This document shows, piece after piece, positions 50,270 to 63,444 of a stretch of 64,000 nt of DNA. The stretch is taken from positions 34,534,001 through 34,598,000 of the forward strand of contig NC_047030.1 in assembly GCF_902652985.1 (NCBI RefSeq), given 5' to 3'. Each line of letters starts with the position of its first letter. Positions within the stretch are counted from its first letter, which is position 1. A program made the translations under genes and the position numbers. Source of the stretch: Pecten maximus. Taxonomy: Eukaryota. Below the pieces are notes generated by a model, which made no database searches, had not been told where the DNA came from, and saw only the letters and a program-made list of their open reading frames with translations.

Positions 50270-51278
50270 GTCAGTGTTTTAACATATTTGAATTTGTGTA
50301 AGTACATTCTACTGTGGCTAAGTACTATAGTTGACCTGGATCTGTAATCCATTGTATGATGGAATTGGACGACTGTTTCGCGTTATTAGACTTTTCTTCT
50401 ATTCTCCGTCTTTAGACATAAATTAAAAGCGGAGATTCGAGCAAGAGGTCACTTTACTAGCTCATGTATCAGACTAGCAGGGATCTTCCTTTAGCTCGGT
50501 AGTTAGAGCAGGGGACTGACAAGCTAAGGGTCACATGTTCCCTCCCCCAGTGAAGACACACTAATTGGATTTCCTGTTACAGGATCAATTCATTTGTTTT
50601 CTTCATGCTCAAAAGTCAAGGTCATGAAATCAAAGATCAAGGTCACATATGTCATTTTCATTTCTCTTGCATGATAAAGTTTACTTCTATTACTACATGT
50701 ACATTCATTAGGGGCTGCGGTGGCCTAGTGGTTAAGTTGTCCCGACACTTTATTACTAGCCCTTCACCTCTGGGTTTCGAGTTCGAAACCCACATGGGGC
50801 AGTTGCCAGCTGGTACTGACCGTAGGCTGGTGGTTTTTCTCCACCTCCAAAACCTGGCACGTCCTTAAATGACCCTGGCTGTTAATAGGATGTTAAACAA
50901 AAACAAAATCTACATTCAACATGCAAGACATTGGGTCAATGTTGATTTTAAGCACATCAATATGGCTTTAATACTAGATAAAGAAGTGTAAGAATTATAA
51001 GTTATGAAATATTTTAACCAAAGTAAATGTTATTAAGAGTTAAAAAATTGAAACTTGTGACCAAATGATTAGATCATGATCACCAGGTCAAAGGTCAAGG
51101 TTACAGCCCATAGATAATTTGCAAGCATTCAATATCACATTTGTCTACAAGGCTTTGTCATTTATGCCAGTATATGGGCCATCATAAATACTAGAGTAAA
51201 GCAGTTCAGTACTTCATCAATTTATATTAGCATGCCTACTCCATTTGATGTGTCCTGTACGTTCTTATTCAGTGTGAG

Positions 51279-51671
51279 TGTGACCCTGGTAAATACTAGC
51301 TGCAATATACCTCTCGGCTAGAGAGATCCTCTCTTTAGTGCGATTGGTTGAGTGTAAGACTAGTAAACGAGAGGTCTGGGTTCGATCCCTAGCCGAGACA
51401 GTGATTTAAATTCAATTAATCATGCGCTCTGTTACATTGGCGTCTGTGTAGGAGCTAGGGATAATACTCCAAGAAAAACTTACAAGTTCTTTCCTGGATG
51501 GGGAGCATATTATATGTAACCCTGGTAAATACTAACCAAAATATACTGCTCCGCAAAGAGATCTTCTCTTTAGCTCGATTGGTTGAGCGTAAGACTAGTA
51601 AGCCAGAGGTCCCATGTTCGATCCCTAGCAGAGGCAGTGATTAAATTCAATTAATCATGCGCTCTGTTACA
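51279..51671 (+). mobile_element. Full-length tRNA-LTR TRIM family A in SLC25A35 copy 2 intron 2
   Basis: LTR1 51279-51436, PBS-like TGGCGTCTGTGTAGGA, 78-bp interior, PPT GGATGGGGAG, LTR2 51515-51671; flanks TGAG/TGAA. Confidence 0.88.
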
Positions 51672-51857
51672 TGAATTTGTACTTATCATTATGAAAGCAA
51701 TAATGGAACAGGCATTTTGACAAGAAACTTGGCTGCAAATTGACGTCATAACAGGCACATAACGTATGTCATAATGGATGACATTTTTTTTATCTGGTGT
51801 TATTTGATCAAGTTGGTGAAATAAAAAAATTCTAAATATTGATTTCGTATGTTTCAG

Positions 51858-52175
51858 GTATTTGCGGAAGAAAGTGCCTTAGTTTCGCTGTGTGCCAGTA
51901 CAACGAGTGGTGTAGTAGTGACGTTGTTTATGACGCCGTTTGATGTCGTGTCGACTCGGATTTACAATCAGGGCCTTGATGCTCAGGGGAACGGCCTACT
52001 CTACAAAGGATTAGCGGACTGTTATTTAAAGATCTTCCGGGAGGAGGGACTCTGGGGTTTCTATAAAGGCTGGGGACCCTCCTTCCTGCGTCTAGTTCCA
52101 CATGCAATGCTCAGTCTTACGTTTTGGGACCAGTTGAGGGATTTTTACGGCAGATTTAAATCGAGAAATGTGTGA
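51858..52175 (+). CDS. SLC25A35: SLC25A35 copy 2, exon 3
   Basis: 318 bp including TGA. Confidence 0.93.
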   Translation, partial: VFAEESALVSLCASTTSGVVVTLFMTPFDVVSTRIYNQGLDAQGNGLLYKGLADCYLKIFREEGLWGFYKGWGPSFLRLVPHAMLSLTFWDQLRDFYGRFKSRNV

Positions 52176-54139
52176 TATTTTATAAAGTTTTTAGTCTTAC
52201 TATCAGTACCAGCTGAGGGATTTTTACGGCAGATTTAAATCAAGAAATGTATGATATTTGATGAAGTTTTTAGTCTTACCAAATACATGTACATATTGTA
52301 CAATGCTTTTTGACAGGTTTTGAAAAATACTTTTTATGTATTGTATTTTTAAAACAATGAAATCTTTTAAAAATTGTTTAGATTATTAATAAGCGATATT
52401 TACGATTTATAATAATATTCAGCAATCTAAGTTTGTTGAATGAGTTATTGTAGATCTATTATGTATATTTTTACTATGTAAAAGTAGATGATATTGTTTG
52501 TGGAAATCAAAAGAACATTGGCTAAGTAGGGGAGATAACTCATCAGATCTTCACCATTTTTCCTGTGTCTGTGGAAATACTCAGACTGTGTAACATTGGC
52601 TATGTAGGGGAGATAACTCATCAGAGCTTCGCCGTTTTTCCTGTGTCTGTGGAAATACTCAGACTGTGGTCTCTTCAAACTTTCTGTGATAACGTGGACA
52701 ATTTCACATTTTCTGTGAACTGAAAATCAAGTATTTTGATCATGCTGATGAATTACATTGGAATGTTTTAAGACTGAGAATGTATTTCTGAATAATTTTC
52801 CTGTATTGGTATCAGATATCAATGGAATAAAAATATTATTGTCCTCTTGCCATGTCTAGGGACAATTTGAATTCATCGGATATGAATATTTTTGCAGTGA
52901 TTTAATTTATGTGAAAAATGTGAGCAATAATTTTAATTAAATCCTGCAAAATTAACATTGCTACATTTCTCTTTGTTGTTGTACTGTCTGACAATCTTCC
53001 CAAAAACCTCAATGTTAAGTAATAAAGGGGTCCCTCGAAGCATTTTGATTGGTCAAATTTGAAAAAGTGCTGATTTTGACCAAATTTATAATTAAATATA
53101 TAACACTACACACAATACTGGTACTTCAGTTAGCATTGTTAAAGGCATAATAAGGCCTAGGATATTTCATCACAAAAACATTGTCTGTTTTAATTGATAT
53201 GACTATATGATGTGTAATGAGAAAACTTATGAAACTTTATCCGTACATGAATCATGAGTTGGTGGAATACGAGCATCAATGTTTCTGTATTTAAGTACAG
53301 TTATGACAGAGAAGTAAAAACAATATAAGAAGATATTTTTTAAATTTATTTATTCGACTTGAAACTCTTTTCTCTGAAAACTGGACATATATTTTTTCCA
53401 TATGAAAATCGTAGATCCTACAACTTTAAGAGTGCAGGGGTGGTTTGTGTTACTAGAGTAAATGCATTTTGATCAGAAATTTTTACCCGAGATATAGATT
53501 GGGCCCGTGGGCCTCTTGTTTAATATAATTCCTTGCATTCCATCATCTTAACAGGTACAGCAAGTTATAACTGAAGTCATACCTGTGAATTTGTGTATTA
53601 TATACATATGTTTATATATCAGAATAAAATGGTGTTTTAGGTCACATGACACTGTCTATGAGCTGACTTTATGTGGGCAGAAATATTGTATTTATTCATC
53701 AGATTTACACATCATGGTCAACATTTTGAATCAAATCATTTCAAGTAAAATTACCAGTGGAAATTTTGTAGAATTTGATGATTCAAATTCAGTTATTTTT
53801 TATTGACTCGTTCCATTTCACACCTACTGAACAAGTTTTTAATCGAGTCATTTAAAACTTGAAATTACTAGTGGCAATTTTGTATGAAATCATGCAAGCT
53901 GAATTTGTTACTAACTTGTCGAGGAAATTCAAAAATACTGACCAAGTGTTTTTATCAGATTATTTAAAGTTTACAATTAACAGCATAAATGTCGTATGAA
54001 GTTATTCAAGCTGAATATGTTATGAACTCATTGATCAAATCAAAACATACTGACCACAATTATGTATCAAAATGTGTTAATATGCACCATTGAATTTGAA
54101 ATATATTATCATGCAATAAAATATATAAATTTGTGAGAA

Positions 54140-54665
54140 ATCATCAAATATACTGGGCTACAGAAATTTGATACCATTTGTCAACTCGCCAAGACATACT
54201 GGGTCACAGGGATTTGTCCCCATTTGTCAACTCATCAAGACATACTGGGCCACATTGATTTGACACCATTTATCAAGTCACCAAGACATACTGGGACACA
54301 GGGATTTGGCACCATTTGTCAACTCATCAAGACATACTGGGTCACAGGGATTTGTCACCATTTGTCAACTTACCAAGACATACTGGATCACAAGGATTTG
54401 TCACCATTTATCAACTCACTAAGACATACCTGGCCACATTGATTTGGCACAATTTGTCAACTCACCAAGACATACTAGGCCATAGGAATTTGTCACCATA
54501 ATCAGCTCATCAAGACTTACTGGGCCACAGGGATTTGTCACCATTTATCAACTCACGAAGACATACTAGGCCATAGGGATTTGACACCATTTGTTAACTC
54601 ACCAATACATACTAGGCCACAGGGATTTGGCAACATTTGCCAACTCAACAAGATATACTGGGCAA
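54140..54665. repeat. 46-bp minisatellite, unit-2 copy (~11 units)
   Basis: Same unit as 44800-46040. Confidence 0.93.
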
Positions 54666-55454
54666 CAAGCACAATTGCAACCATGACTCCTATTAATCTT
54701 GCATACTTTTGGTTTGTTTTGTTTAACGTCCTATTAATAGCTAGGGTCAGTTAAGGATGTGCCAGGTTTTGGAGGTGGAGGAAAGCCGGAGTACCCAGAG
54801 AAAAACCACCGACCTACGGTCAATACCCGGCAACTGCCCCATGTAGGATTCGAACACACATCCCCAGAGGTGGAGGGCTAGTGATAAAGTGTCGGGATAG
54901 TGTCAGTTTCCTCTGGCCCTGACACCAGACATGGTGATCAACGTGTATGTAAATGATCTCACTAGCTTATATCATTTTTAGTTCTCTTCTGGTGAAACCG
55001 GGAGACTAAAGGTTTCTTCTCCGTCCGTATTCTACGTGCACAAAGATTGTCAGCGCTCCAGCGGCTTAATTCCTTAAGGGATTTTGATCAAACTTCACAC
55101 AATGATACATGTCCATAATGGTATTACTATTTTTGATGGGGAACGGCAGGGGACTTGTATTACTTCATACTCAATATTCCAAAAGTCTTTGTCAAACATA
55201 CCGTAACGACATTTTGATACCTCCACCACCTCCCGGGAGGGTTCCTTGGGATACAAAATAAATGTTTGGGGCTTGGACAGCTGGGGCCTGTTTCACACAC
55301 CCAAGTTGACGCCGGTCTGGAGGCGGATACTTGTAGGATTTTCTTATCCTCTCTGGATCTCTCAGCAGGTCCATCAATTGAACGTCGAACTCTTTGTGGA
55401 AATCTTCCGGAAGTCCAGATCTTCATCAAACCAGAAGCTCCTAGTTCCATCCAG

Positions 55455-57520
55455 AATGCCTATAGTAGTTAGGCGTTTCTGTGTAGGTAGCTAATTCTAC
55501 GTTAAAATGTGTCGATTTAGCTTTTGTTTATCTATCTATTTATCTGGTTAACGGGTTTTAGTCAGTTAGTGCGACCTTGCGACCATTCAGTTGACGAAAA
55601 AATGAAAGAAAAATAGAATCAAGTAAGAGAGAGAGAGGGGGGGAAGGGGGGTGGAAGTGAGGGGAGTCGTCTGTCTAACTGATGGTGTGATTTATTTTGA
55701 AAACGACTCCCAGATTCGCCCTAACACAGTCCTGTTTAGTAGTAGCAACGCCTACCCTTATAAAGATGGGGCTAGAAGAGAGTTGAAGAAAGGATGTATA
55801 AAAAATGTACCCACATTGCCTTTGATTCGGATGTTGAGAAGATGGACAAGGCGTTCAACAGAACTTCCAAACACACATATCAGCCAATTCCACTAGCGAG
55901 GAGTTTCAGGCCCCTGTTATTCCTGAGATAAAGTGGTACACTCGAGGATAGAGTGTCCAGTGTTATAACGGGACGCTAGACGAGATTGGAGTCGCTAACA
56001 AGTTAAGTAAACTGCTATATGTTAAGCATGTAGAAGATAATGCAACAGAGTTAAACGCCTCTAAAAGAGGATAATCTGAGTCGTTGCAGGTACAGCAACT
56101 GGGTGTATAGTATGTATGAGGAGACATGGGAAGCACACAGTATTGACATGTTTGCATCACATCATAATAAGGAATGAGTGAGGTTTAACTGTAGATGGTG
56201 GTGCGATCAAACGGAGGGAGTTAGCGCGTTTACATTAAACCGGATATGTGAGAACAATTGGTTGGTTCTGGTTTAGTGTGTCAAATGGTGGATACAATGA
56301 AGGCTGAGAAGGGACAGGGAACTTTAATAGATCCTTAAGGAAAATCGGCAGCAATTTAGCCATTGGTTTTCGGGGTTAACAGGTAGGTTGTCGTTATTTA
56401 TCGAACGTCAATATTTCTAAAGCGGGTCGAGAAAATAATGATTGTTTCAGTAAGGCCATGCTTGCATTTGACATGCTCGCGTTCATGTTAGTTTCTACCT
56501 AAAGTTTGTAAGCGTGTTTGTGGGTTACAGATATGATTTCGATTTTACATATGTTAGGTTGCAACGAACAGTGGAACGAGAGGTAGCCGACTTTAGGGTC
56601 TGACAGGGGTCGGAACTTTACAGTATGGCAAGATGCATGGCAAGAAAGTTTGGCATGGCAGAAAGATTGTTGAGCAACAGGAGTGGAGTATGAAAAGAAA
56701 CTATCACGGCCTTGGAGGATTTAAGCGCTAGGATATTTTTGTTGACGTTCAGGGACAAACGGTGTTAGCGACAGGTCATATGCACGTAGCTTTATACATC
56801 AACCACCTGTTAGATAACGGGACATCACATTCTGTTGTTTCAAGTTCGGTATATATGCTATAAAGCGAGTACATGGCTTGCACGGTTGTCACGATCCCAC
56901 GGACAACTGTCTCGTGATGAATCTGTTGGAAGCTGCGAAGCGTACAGCGCGTCACGCTGTAAAAAGGAGCCAGTTCCCGGTGACATGTCGGTCGAATTAT
57001 GTGGATATTATGACCAGTCAGACGATTTATTGATTATAAAATATTTTACTATGTGTGCTCATTGTTTTGCAGGTTTTTAAAGATTTAGCGAATTGAGCAA
57101 TCTGAGATGTAACGATATGGTATTTTCGGAAGAGCAAAACTGATCAATATCGGGCCGGGAATGACGTCTTTGTTTGTAAAGGGATGGCAACAGCCTGTAC
57201 ATTCGAGTTACTTAACAAATATACGCTTGGTCGGGATTGATTTTGAACGGGAACATTTTTTTTGTTTTATCTGATTTCTCGGTCAGGTCATAATATACTT
57301 ATGGTTTGGTACATAAGAACAAACCTCTTAGCGATACACGGGCACGGGAAGCTATTTTTAATTATGATTAATTATGGTGTAAGGGGTTAGGTGGGTTTAG
57401 GGGTGGGGGTGGGGGTGTGGGTGAGGGGGCAGTTTTGGACTGCATTCTTTAAGAGCCGAAGGGTTTAGAGTAGCTACCAACCAAAATGTAAGTAATCGAT
57501 GTCTTAAAAGAATTGGCGTT
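55455..57520 (+). mobile_element. Degenerate DIRS-type tyrosine-recombinase retrotransposon
   Basis: Frameshifted HSIDMFASHHNK, ENNWLV, EKGQGTLI (DIRS methyltransferase-like region) and YR motifs CFAGF.RFSELSNLRCND, KSKTDQYR, FGLHSLRA. Confidence 0.85.
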
Positions 57521-59104
57521 GAAATCAATTATCATATAATATTTTATTGATTATGCTAAATATACATGTTACGTAAATCAGAAATATAAAACAATGTTAA
57601 CTTTACAGTATATTACTTTTGTGTTATCTAACCGAAAATACCTGCGCTCGTTATTCATGATGCCCAATTATATTAACAAACATCAAGGTATTTAAATTTT
57701 CAGTGATAAATACACTTAATAATTAATAATAAATATTACTTAAGTATGAAAGTTTTCAAGTCATTTAACCATCAGGTTGTTTATGAAGAAAGGTCTTCAT
57801 GATCGATAGATCATCAAGTCATTTATATATGTACAAAGTCTTCCATAAAACCATGATGTCATTTTTATGTAAAAATGTTCTCAATAAACCATGAAGTCAT
57901 TTATGTACAAAAGTCGTCAATAAACCATCAAGCAATTTATGTACGAAACTCTTCCATAGCATCTAGCTTATGCACATAACTATCTCAAATTTAGAAGAAT
58001 TGATGTCGTTTTAGTTCATATGATATTTAAACATATATATATGCCCAATGTATTTGATGGAACAATATGTTTTAAATTGGATGTCATAGGTATATTATAT
58101 AGGTATTATAATTATATAAAGAATTTTCACTTTGTACTTTAATTTGAGTTGTAACTGTGACAGACCTAGAGCCTTAGAGATGATTATAAATTATATCTAT
58201 ATTTAATACTTTATTTATAATATAATTGGCTGGGATTTAAGCCTGGGAGCACAGGCTAATACTGGACGAACGAAAGAGAAACTTTCTTTGAGTCGGTAGA
58301 TAGGAAGCAGCTATTTACATATGTGCCAAGGCTACGAACAGAATGTATAGTTATAACCCTCAGGTCCATATATATTATTCATGAAACGTACATTGAATTA
58401 ATAAGAAACATCTTCGATTCCGTCTGTCTATTCACTTAGTTTTATCACCTATGCTTCAAAGTATGTCGGTGAAAACTGGTACAACGTTATGTAACTTCAG
58501 TATGAGTAGTTACAGATCTAGTTCGAGTTTCAGGGTTTTTGGGTCAAGGTCAATGTTACAATTTTTAGTGGGGGCCGGAAGGGGACATTGCATTGCTTTA
58601 GCAATACCCAGCAAACTTTCAAGTTTAAACTGCAAGTCCAAAGTGCAAGTTAATCTACTTATATATGAACCACTTTTAGCTTCAAATTCCTATTAGAAAT
58701 TTAATGATTATGCAGAAGTAAAGAAGTGGCTTGATTTTGATCTCAGGGATTTATTTGTGAGCAGGGGCTTATAATTTATTTGCGGATAAATACCGTATGT
58801 AAAGTATTTGTGGTAGATAAATCTAGGACCAGATTGAGGACAAAGAACCCTGAACCTGAATTATTCTACATCATGTTATTGAAATATTCTGGAGTTTTTT
58901 TAGTGCTACATTTAAGTCATTGCAGATTTTTGTTATATTTTGCAGGTAGACCAGTTGAAAGAAAAAGACTCGAGATATTTTAATGGGCGCATCATGCTGA
59001 ATGCAGAGAAGAGTTTATTAATCAAGATTAATGTTTTACAATTCACGCAAATGTCAAAACATACAGCAGTGTTTTTATAGTGTACATATACTTTTTAAGT
59101 CAGC

Positions 59105-59491
59105 ATGGCTCAAATAGAGGAGTTTGTCATAGGCGCCTTAAGCACAAGCTGTGCTGGATTTTTCACAAATCCCTTGGAAGTAGTTAAGACACGCATGCAA
59201 CTTCAGGGAGAACTCCAAGCACAGGGGAATTACACTGTCCACTACCGCAACGCCTTACATGCGTTTTACACCATCGCTAAAAAGGATGGATTCATCAAGC
59301 TTCAGAATGGCCTTGTTCCTGCTGTTTGGTATCAAATGACTATGAATGGATTTCGTCTTGGTACATATCAGGTGTTCGTAAACTACGGACTGACCAAAGA
59401 TAAAAATGGAGATGTGGTCATTTACAAAAGTCTTGTAGCTGGTGCTTTGGGAGGAAGTGTTGGAGCTTGTATAGGAAGTCCGTTCTACATG
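59105..59491 (+). CDS. SLC25A35: SLC25A35 copy 3, coding exon 1
   Basis: 387 bp, intact. Confidence 0.93.
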
Positions 59492-59917
59492 GTAACTAAC
59501 GACAAATGGCCGAGGAAAACAACATGTACTTTGATCCAATGGTGTCTCTAGCCAATGGTTACAGCAGCTAGTCTTCATGTTGTCTTCGGACGTACCTATA
59601 CATAAGATATAAATCAATTACATATATATCTTTTTAAGAAACAAGTAGCTATATTGATGTACAATTGTTATTTCTCGCCTGCCATATTAATATAAGAGAC
59701 AATCTGTTTATATTTTCAACAGTTTCAAGCTGCTAAGACCACAGTTATCAAATTTTCTTCAAATAATCAAAATTTTCGAATAAACTGAAAGGTGTAGAAT
59801 TATGATATATGGATAGTAGTTTACGATGCTGTCTAGAATTTATTCGTAAGTTCGTGACTTTGATTCCTACCCTGCCAGTCACCGAATATGTTCTTTTCTA
59901 TTAAATGTATTTTGCAG

Positions 59918-60136
59918 GTGAAAACGCATCTCCAGTCCAAATCGGTACAACAGATAGCGGTGGGATACCAACACGACCACCAGAGTATGAGAGGAGCGTT
60001 CCGCAGTGTATACAGTGAAAGTGGAATTCTGGGACTGTGGAGGGGTGTGCTGGCAGCCATGAGTAGAGTCACAGTCGGATCGGCTGTACAGCTCACTACC
60101 TTCTTCAAAATCAAAGAGGCTATTGTGAAAAAGAAG
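59918..60136 (+). CDS. SLC25A35: SLC25A35 copy 3, exon 2
   Basis: 219 bp, AG/GT. Confidence 0.93.
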
Positions 60137-61164
60137 GTCAGTGTTTTTAACATATTTGAATTTGTGTAAGTACATTTTACTGTGGCTAAGTACTATAGTT
60201 GACCTGGATCTGTAATCCATTGTATGATGGAATTGGACGGCTGTTTCGCGTTATTAGACTTTTCTTCTATTCTCCGTCTTTAGACATAAATTAAAAGCGG
60301 AGATTCGAGCAAGAGGTCACTTTACTAGCTCATGTATCAGACTAGCAGGGATCTTCCTTTAGCTCGGTAGTTAGAGCAGGGGACTGACAAGCCAAGGGTC
60401 ACATGTTCCCTCCCCAGTGGAGGCACACTAATTGGATTTCATGTTACAGGATCAATTCATTTGTTTTCTTCATGCTCAAAAGTCAAGGTCATGAAATCAA
60501 ATATCAAGGTCACATATGTCATTTTCATTTCTCTTGCATGATAAAGTTTACTTCTATTACTACATGTACATTCATTAGGGGCTGCGGTGACCTAGTGGTT
60601 AAGTTGTCCCGACACTTTATTACTAGCCCTTCACCTCTGGGTTTCGAGTTCGAAACCCACATGGGGCAGTTGCCAGCTGGTACTGACCGTAGGCTGGTGG
60701 TTTTTCCCCAGGTACTCCGTTTTCCTCCACCTCCAAAACCTGGCACGTCCTTAAATGACCCTGGCTGTTAATAGGATGTTAAACAAAAACAAAATCTACA
60801 TTCAACATGCAAGACATTGGGTCAATGTTGATTTTAAGCACATCGATATGGCTTTAATACTAGATAAAGAAGTGTAAGAATTATAACTTATGAAATATTT
60901 TAACCAAAGTAAATGTTATTAAGAGTTAAACAATTGAAACTTGTGACCAAATAATTAGATCATGATCACCAGGTCAAAGGTCAAGGTTACAGCCCATAGA
61001 TAATTTGCAAGCATTCAATATCACATTTGTCTACAAGGCTTTGTCATTTATGCCAGTATATGGGCCATCATAAATACTAGAGTAAAGCAGTTCAGTACTT
61101 CATCAATTTATATTAGCATACCTACTCCATTTGATGTGTCCTGTACGTTCTTATTCAGTGTGAG

Positions 61165-61557
61165 TGTAACCCTGGTAAATACTAGCTGCAATATACCTCT
61201 CGGCTAGAGAGATCCTCTCTTTAGTGCGATTGGTTGAGTGTAAGACTAGTAAACGAGAGGTCTGGGTTCGATCCCTAGCCGAGACAGTGATTTAAATTCA
61301 ATTAATCATGCGCTCTGTTACATTGGCGTCTGTGTAGGAGCTAGGGATAATACTCCAAGAAAAACTTACAAGTTCTTTCCTGGATGGGGAGCATATTATA
61401 TGTAACCCTGGTAAATACTAACCAAAATATACTGCTCCGCAAAGAGATCTTCTCTTTAGCTCGATTGGTTGAGCGTAAGACTAGTAAGCCAGAGGTCCCA
61501 TGTTCGATCCCTAGCAGAGGCAGTGATTAAATTCAATTAATCATACGCTCTGTTACA
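61165..61557 (+). mobile_element. Full-length tRNA-LTR TRIM family A in SLC25A35 copy 3 intron 2 (same insertion as 51279)
   Basis: TGTAAC...GTTACA x2, same flanks. Confidence 0.88.
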
Positions 61558-61742
61558 TGAATTTGTACTTATCATTATGAAAGCAATGATGGAACAGGCA
61601 TTTTGACAAGAAACTTGGCTGCAAATTGACGTCATAACAGGCACATAACGTATGTCATAATGGATGACATTTTTTTATCTGGTGTTATTTGATCAAGTTG
61701 ATGGAATAAAAAAATTCTAAATATTGATTTCGTATGTTTCAG

Positions 61743-62060
61743 GTATTTGCGGAAGAAAGTGCCTTAGTTTCGCTGTGTGCCAGTACAACGAGTGGTGTAG
61801 TAGTGACGTTGTTTATGACGCCGTTTGATGTCGTGTCGACTCGGATTTACAATCAGGGCCTTGATGCTCAGGGGAACGGCCTACTCTACAAAGGAGTAGC
61901 GGACTGTTATTTAAAGATCTTCCGGCAGGAGGGACTCTGGGGTTTCTATAAAGGCTGGGGACCCTCCTTCCTCCGTCTAGTTCCACATGCAATGCTCAGT
62001 CTTACGTTTTGGGACCAGTTGAGGGATTTTTACGGCAGATTTAAATCGAGAAATATATGA
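61743..62060 (+). CDS. SLC25A35: SLC25A35 copy 3, exon 3
   Basis: 318 bp including TGA. Confidence 0.93.
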   Translation, partial: VFAEESALVSLCASTTSGVVVTLFMTPFDVVSTRIYNQGLDAQGNGLLYKGVADCYLKIFRQEGLWGFYKGWGPSFLRLVPHAMLSLTFWDQLRDFYGRFKSRNI

Positions 62061-63444
62061 TATTTGATAAAGTTTTTAGTCTTACTATCAGTACCAGCTG
62101 AGGGATTTTTACGGCAGATTTAAATCAAGAAATATATGATATTTGAAGAAGTTTTTAGTATTACCAAATACATGTACATATTGTACAATGCTTTTTGACA
62201 GGTTTTGAAAAATACTTTTTATGTATTGTATTTTTAAAACAATGAAATATTTTAAAAATTGCTTAGATTATTAATAAGCAATATTTACGATTTATAATAA
62301 TATTCAGCAATCTAAGTTTGTTGAATGAGTTATTGTAGGTCTATTACATATATTTTTACTATGTAAAAGTAGATGATATTGTTTGTGGAAATCAAAAGAA
62401 CATTGGCTATGTAGGGGAGATAACTCATCAGAGCTTCACCATTTTTCCTGTGTCTGTGGAAATACTCAGACTGTGTAACATTGGCTATGTAGGGGAGATA
62501 ACTCATCAGAGCTTCGCCTTTTTTCCTGTGTCTGTGGAAATACTCAGACTGTGGTCTCCTCAAACTTTCTGTGATAACGTGGACAATTTCACATTTTCTG
62601 TGAACTGAAAATCAAGTATTTTGATCATGCTGATGAATTACATTGGAATGTTTTAAGACTGAGAATGTATTTCTGAATAATTTGCATGTATTGGTATCAG
62701 ATATCAATGAAATAGAAATATTATTGTCCACTTGTCATGTCTAGGGACAATTTGAATTCATCGGATATGAATATTTTTGCAGTGATTTAATTTATGTAAA
62801 AAATGTGAGCAATAATTTTAATTAAATCCTGCAAATTTAACTTTGTTACATTTCTCTTTGTTGTAGTACTGTCTGACAATCTTCCCCAAAACCTCAATGT
62901 TAAGTAATGTAGGGGTCCCTCGAAGCATTTTGATTGGTCAAATTTGAAAAGGTGCTGATTTTTACCAAATTTATAATTAAATGTATAACACAACACACAA
63001 TACCGATACTTCAGTTAGCATTGTTAAAGGCATAATAAGGCCTAGGATATTTCATCACAAAAACATTGTCTGTTTTAATTGATATAATTATATAATGCGT
63101 AATGAGCAAACTTATGAAACTTTATCCGTACATGAATCATGATCATGAGTTGGTGGAATACGAGCATCAATATTTCTGTATTAAGTACAGTTATGAAGTA
63201 AAAACAATATTAAAGAAGTTATTTTTTAAATTTATTTATTCGACTTGAGACTCTTTTCTCTGAAAACTGGACATATATTTTTTCCATATGAATATCGTAG
63301 ATCCTACAACTTTAAGAGAAACGTTGTATGACGTTATTCATACTGAATATGTTATGAACTCATAGATCAAATGAAAACATACTGACAAAAATTATGTATC
63401 AAATTGTGTTTACATGCACTATAACTTTTTATATATCATATATC

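Noticed and set aside
51335-51405. Functional tRNA-Thr genes (also ~8000-8060, ~23340-23405, ~51570-51635)
   Set aside because: Stems degenerate and embedded in TG...CA LTRs with TSDs; element-borne cassettes
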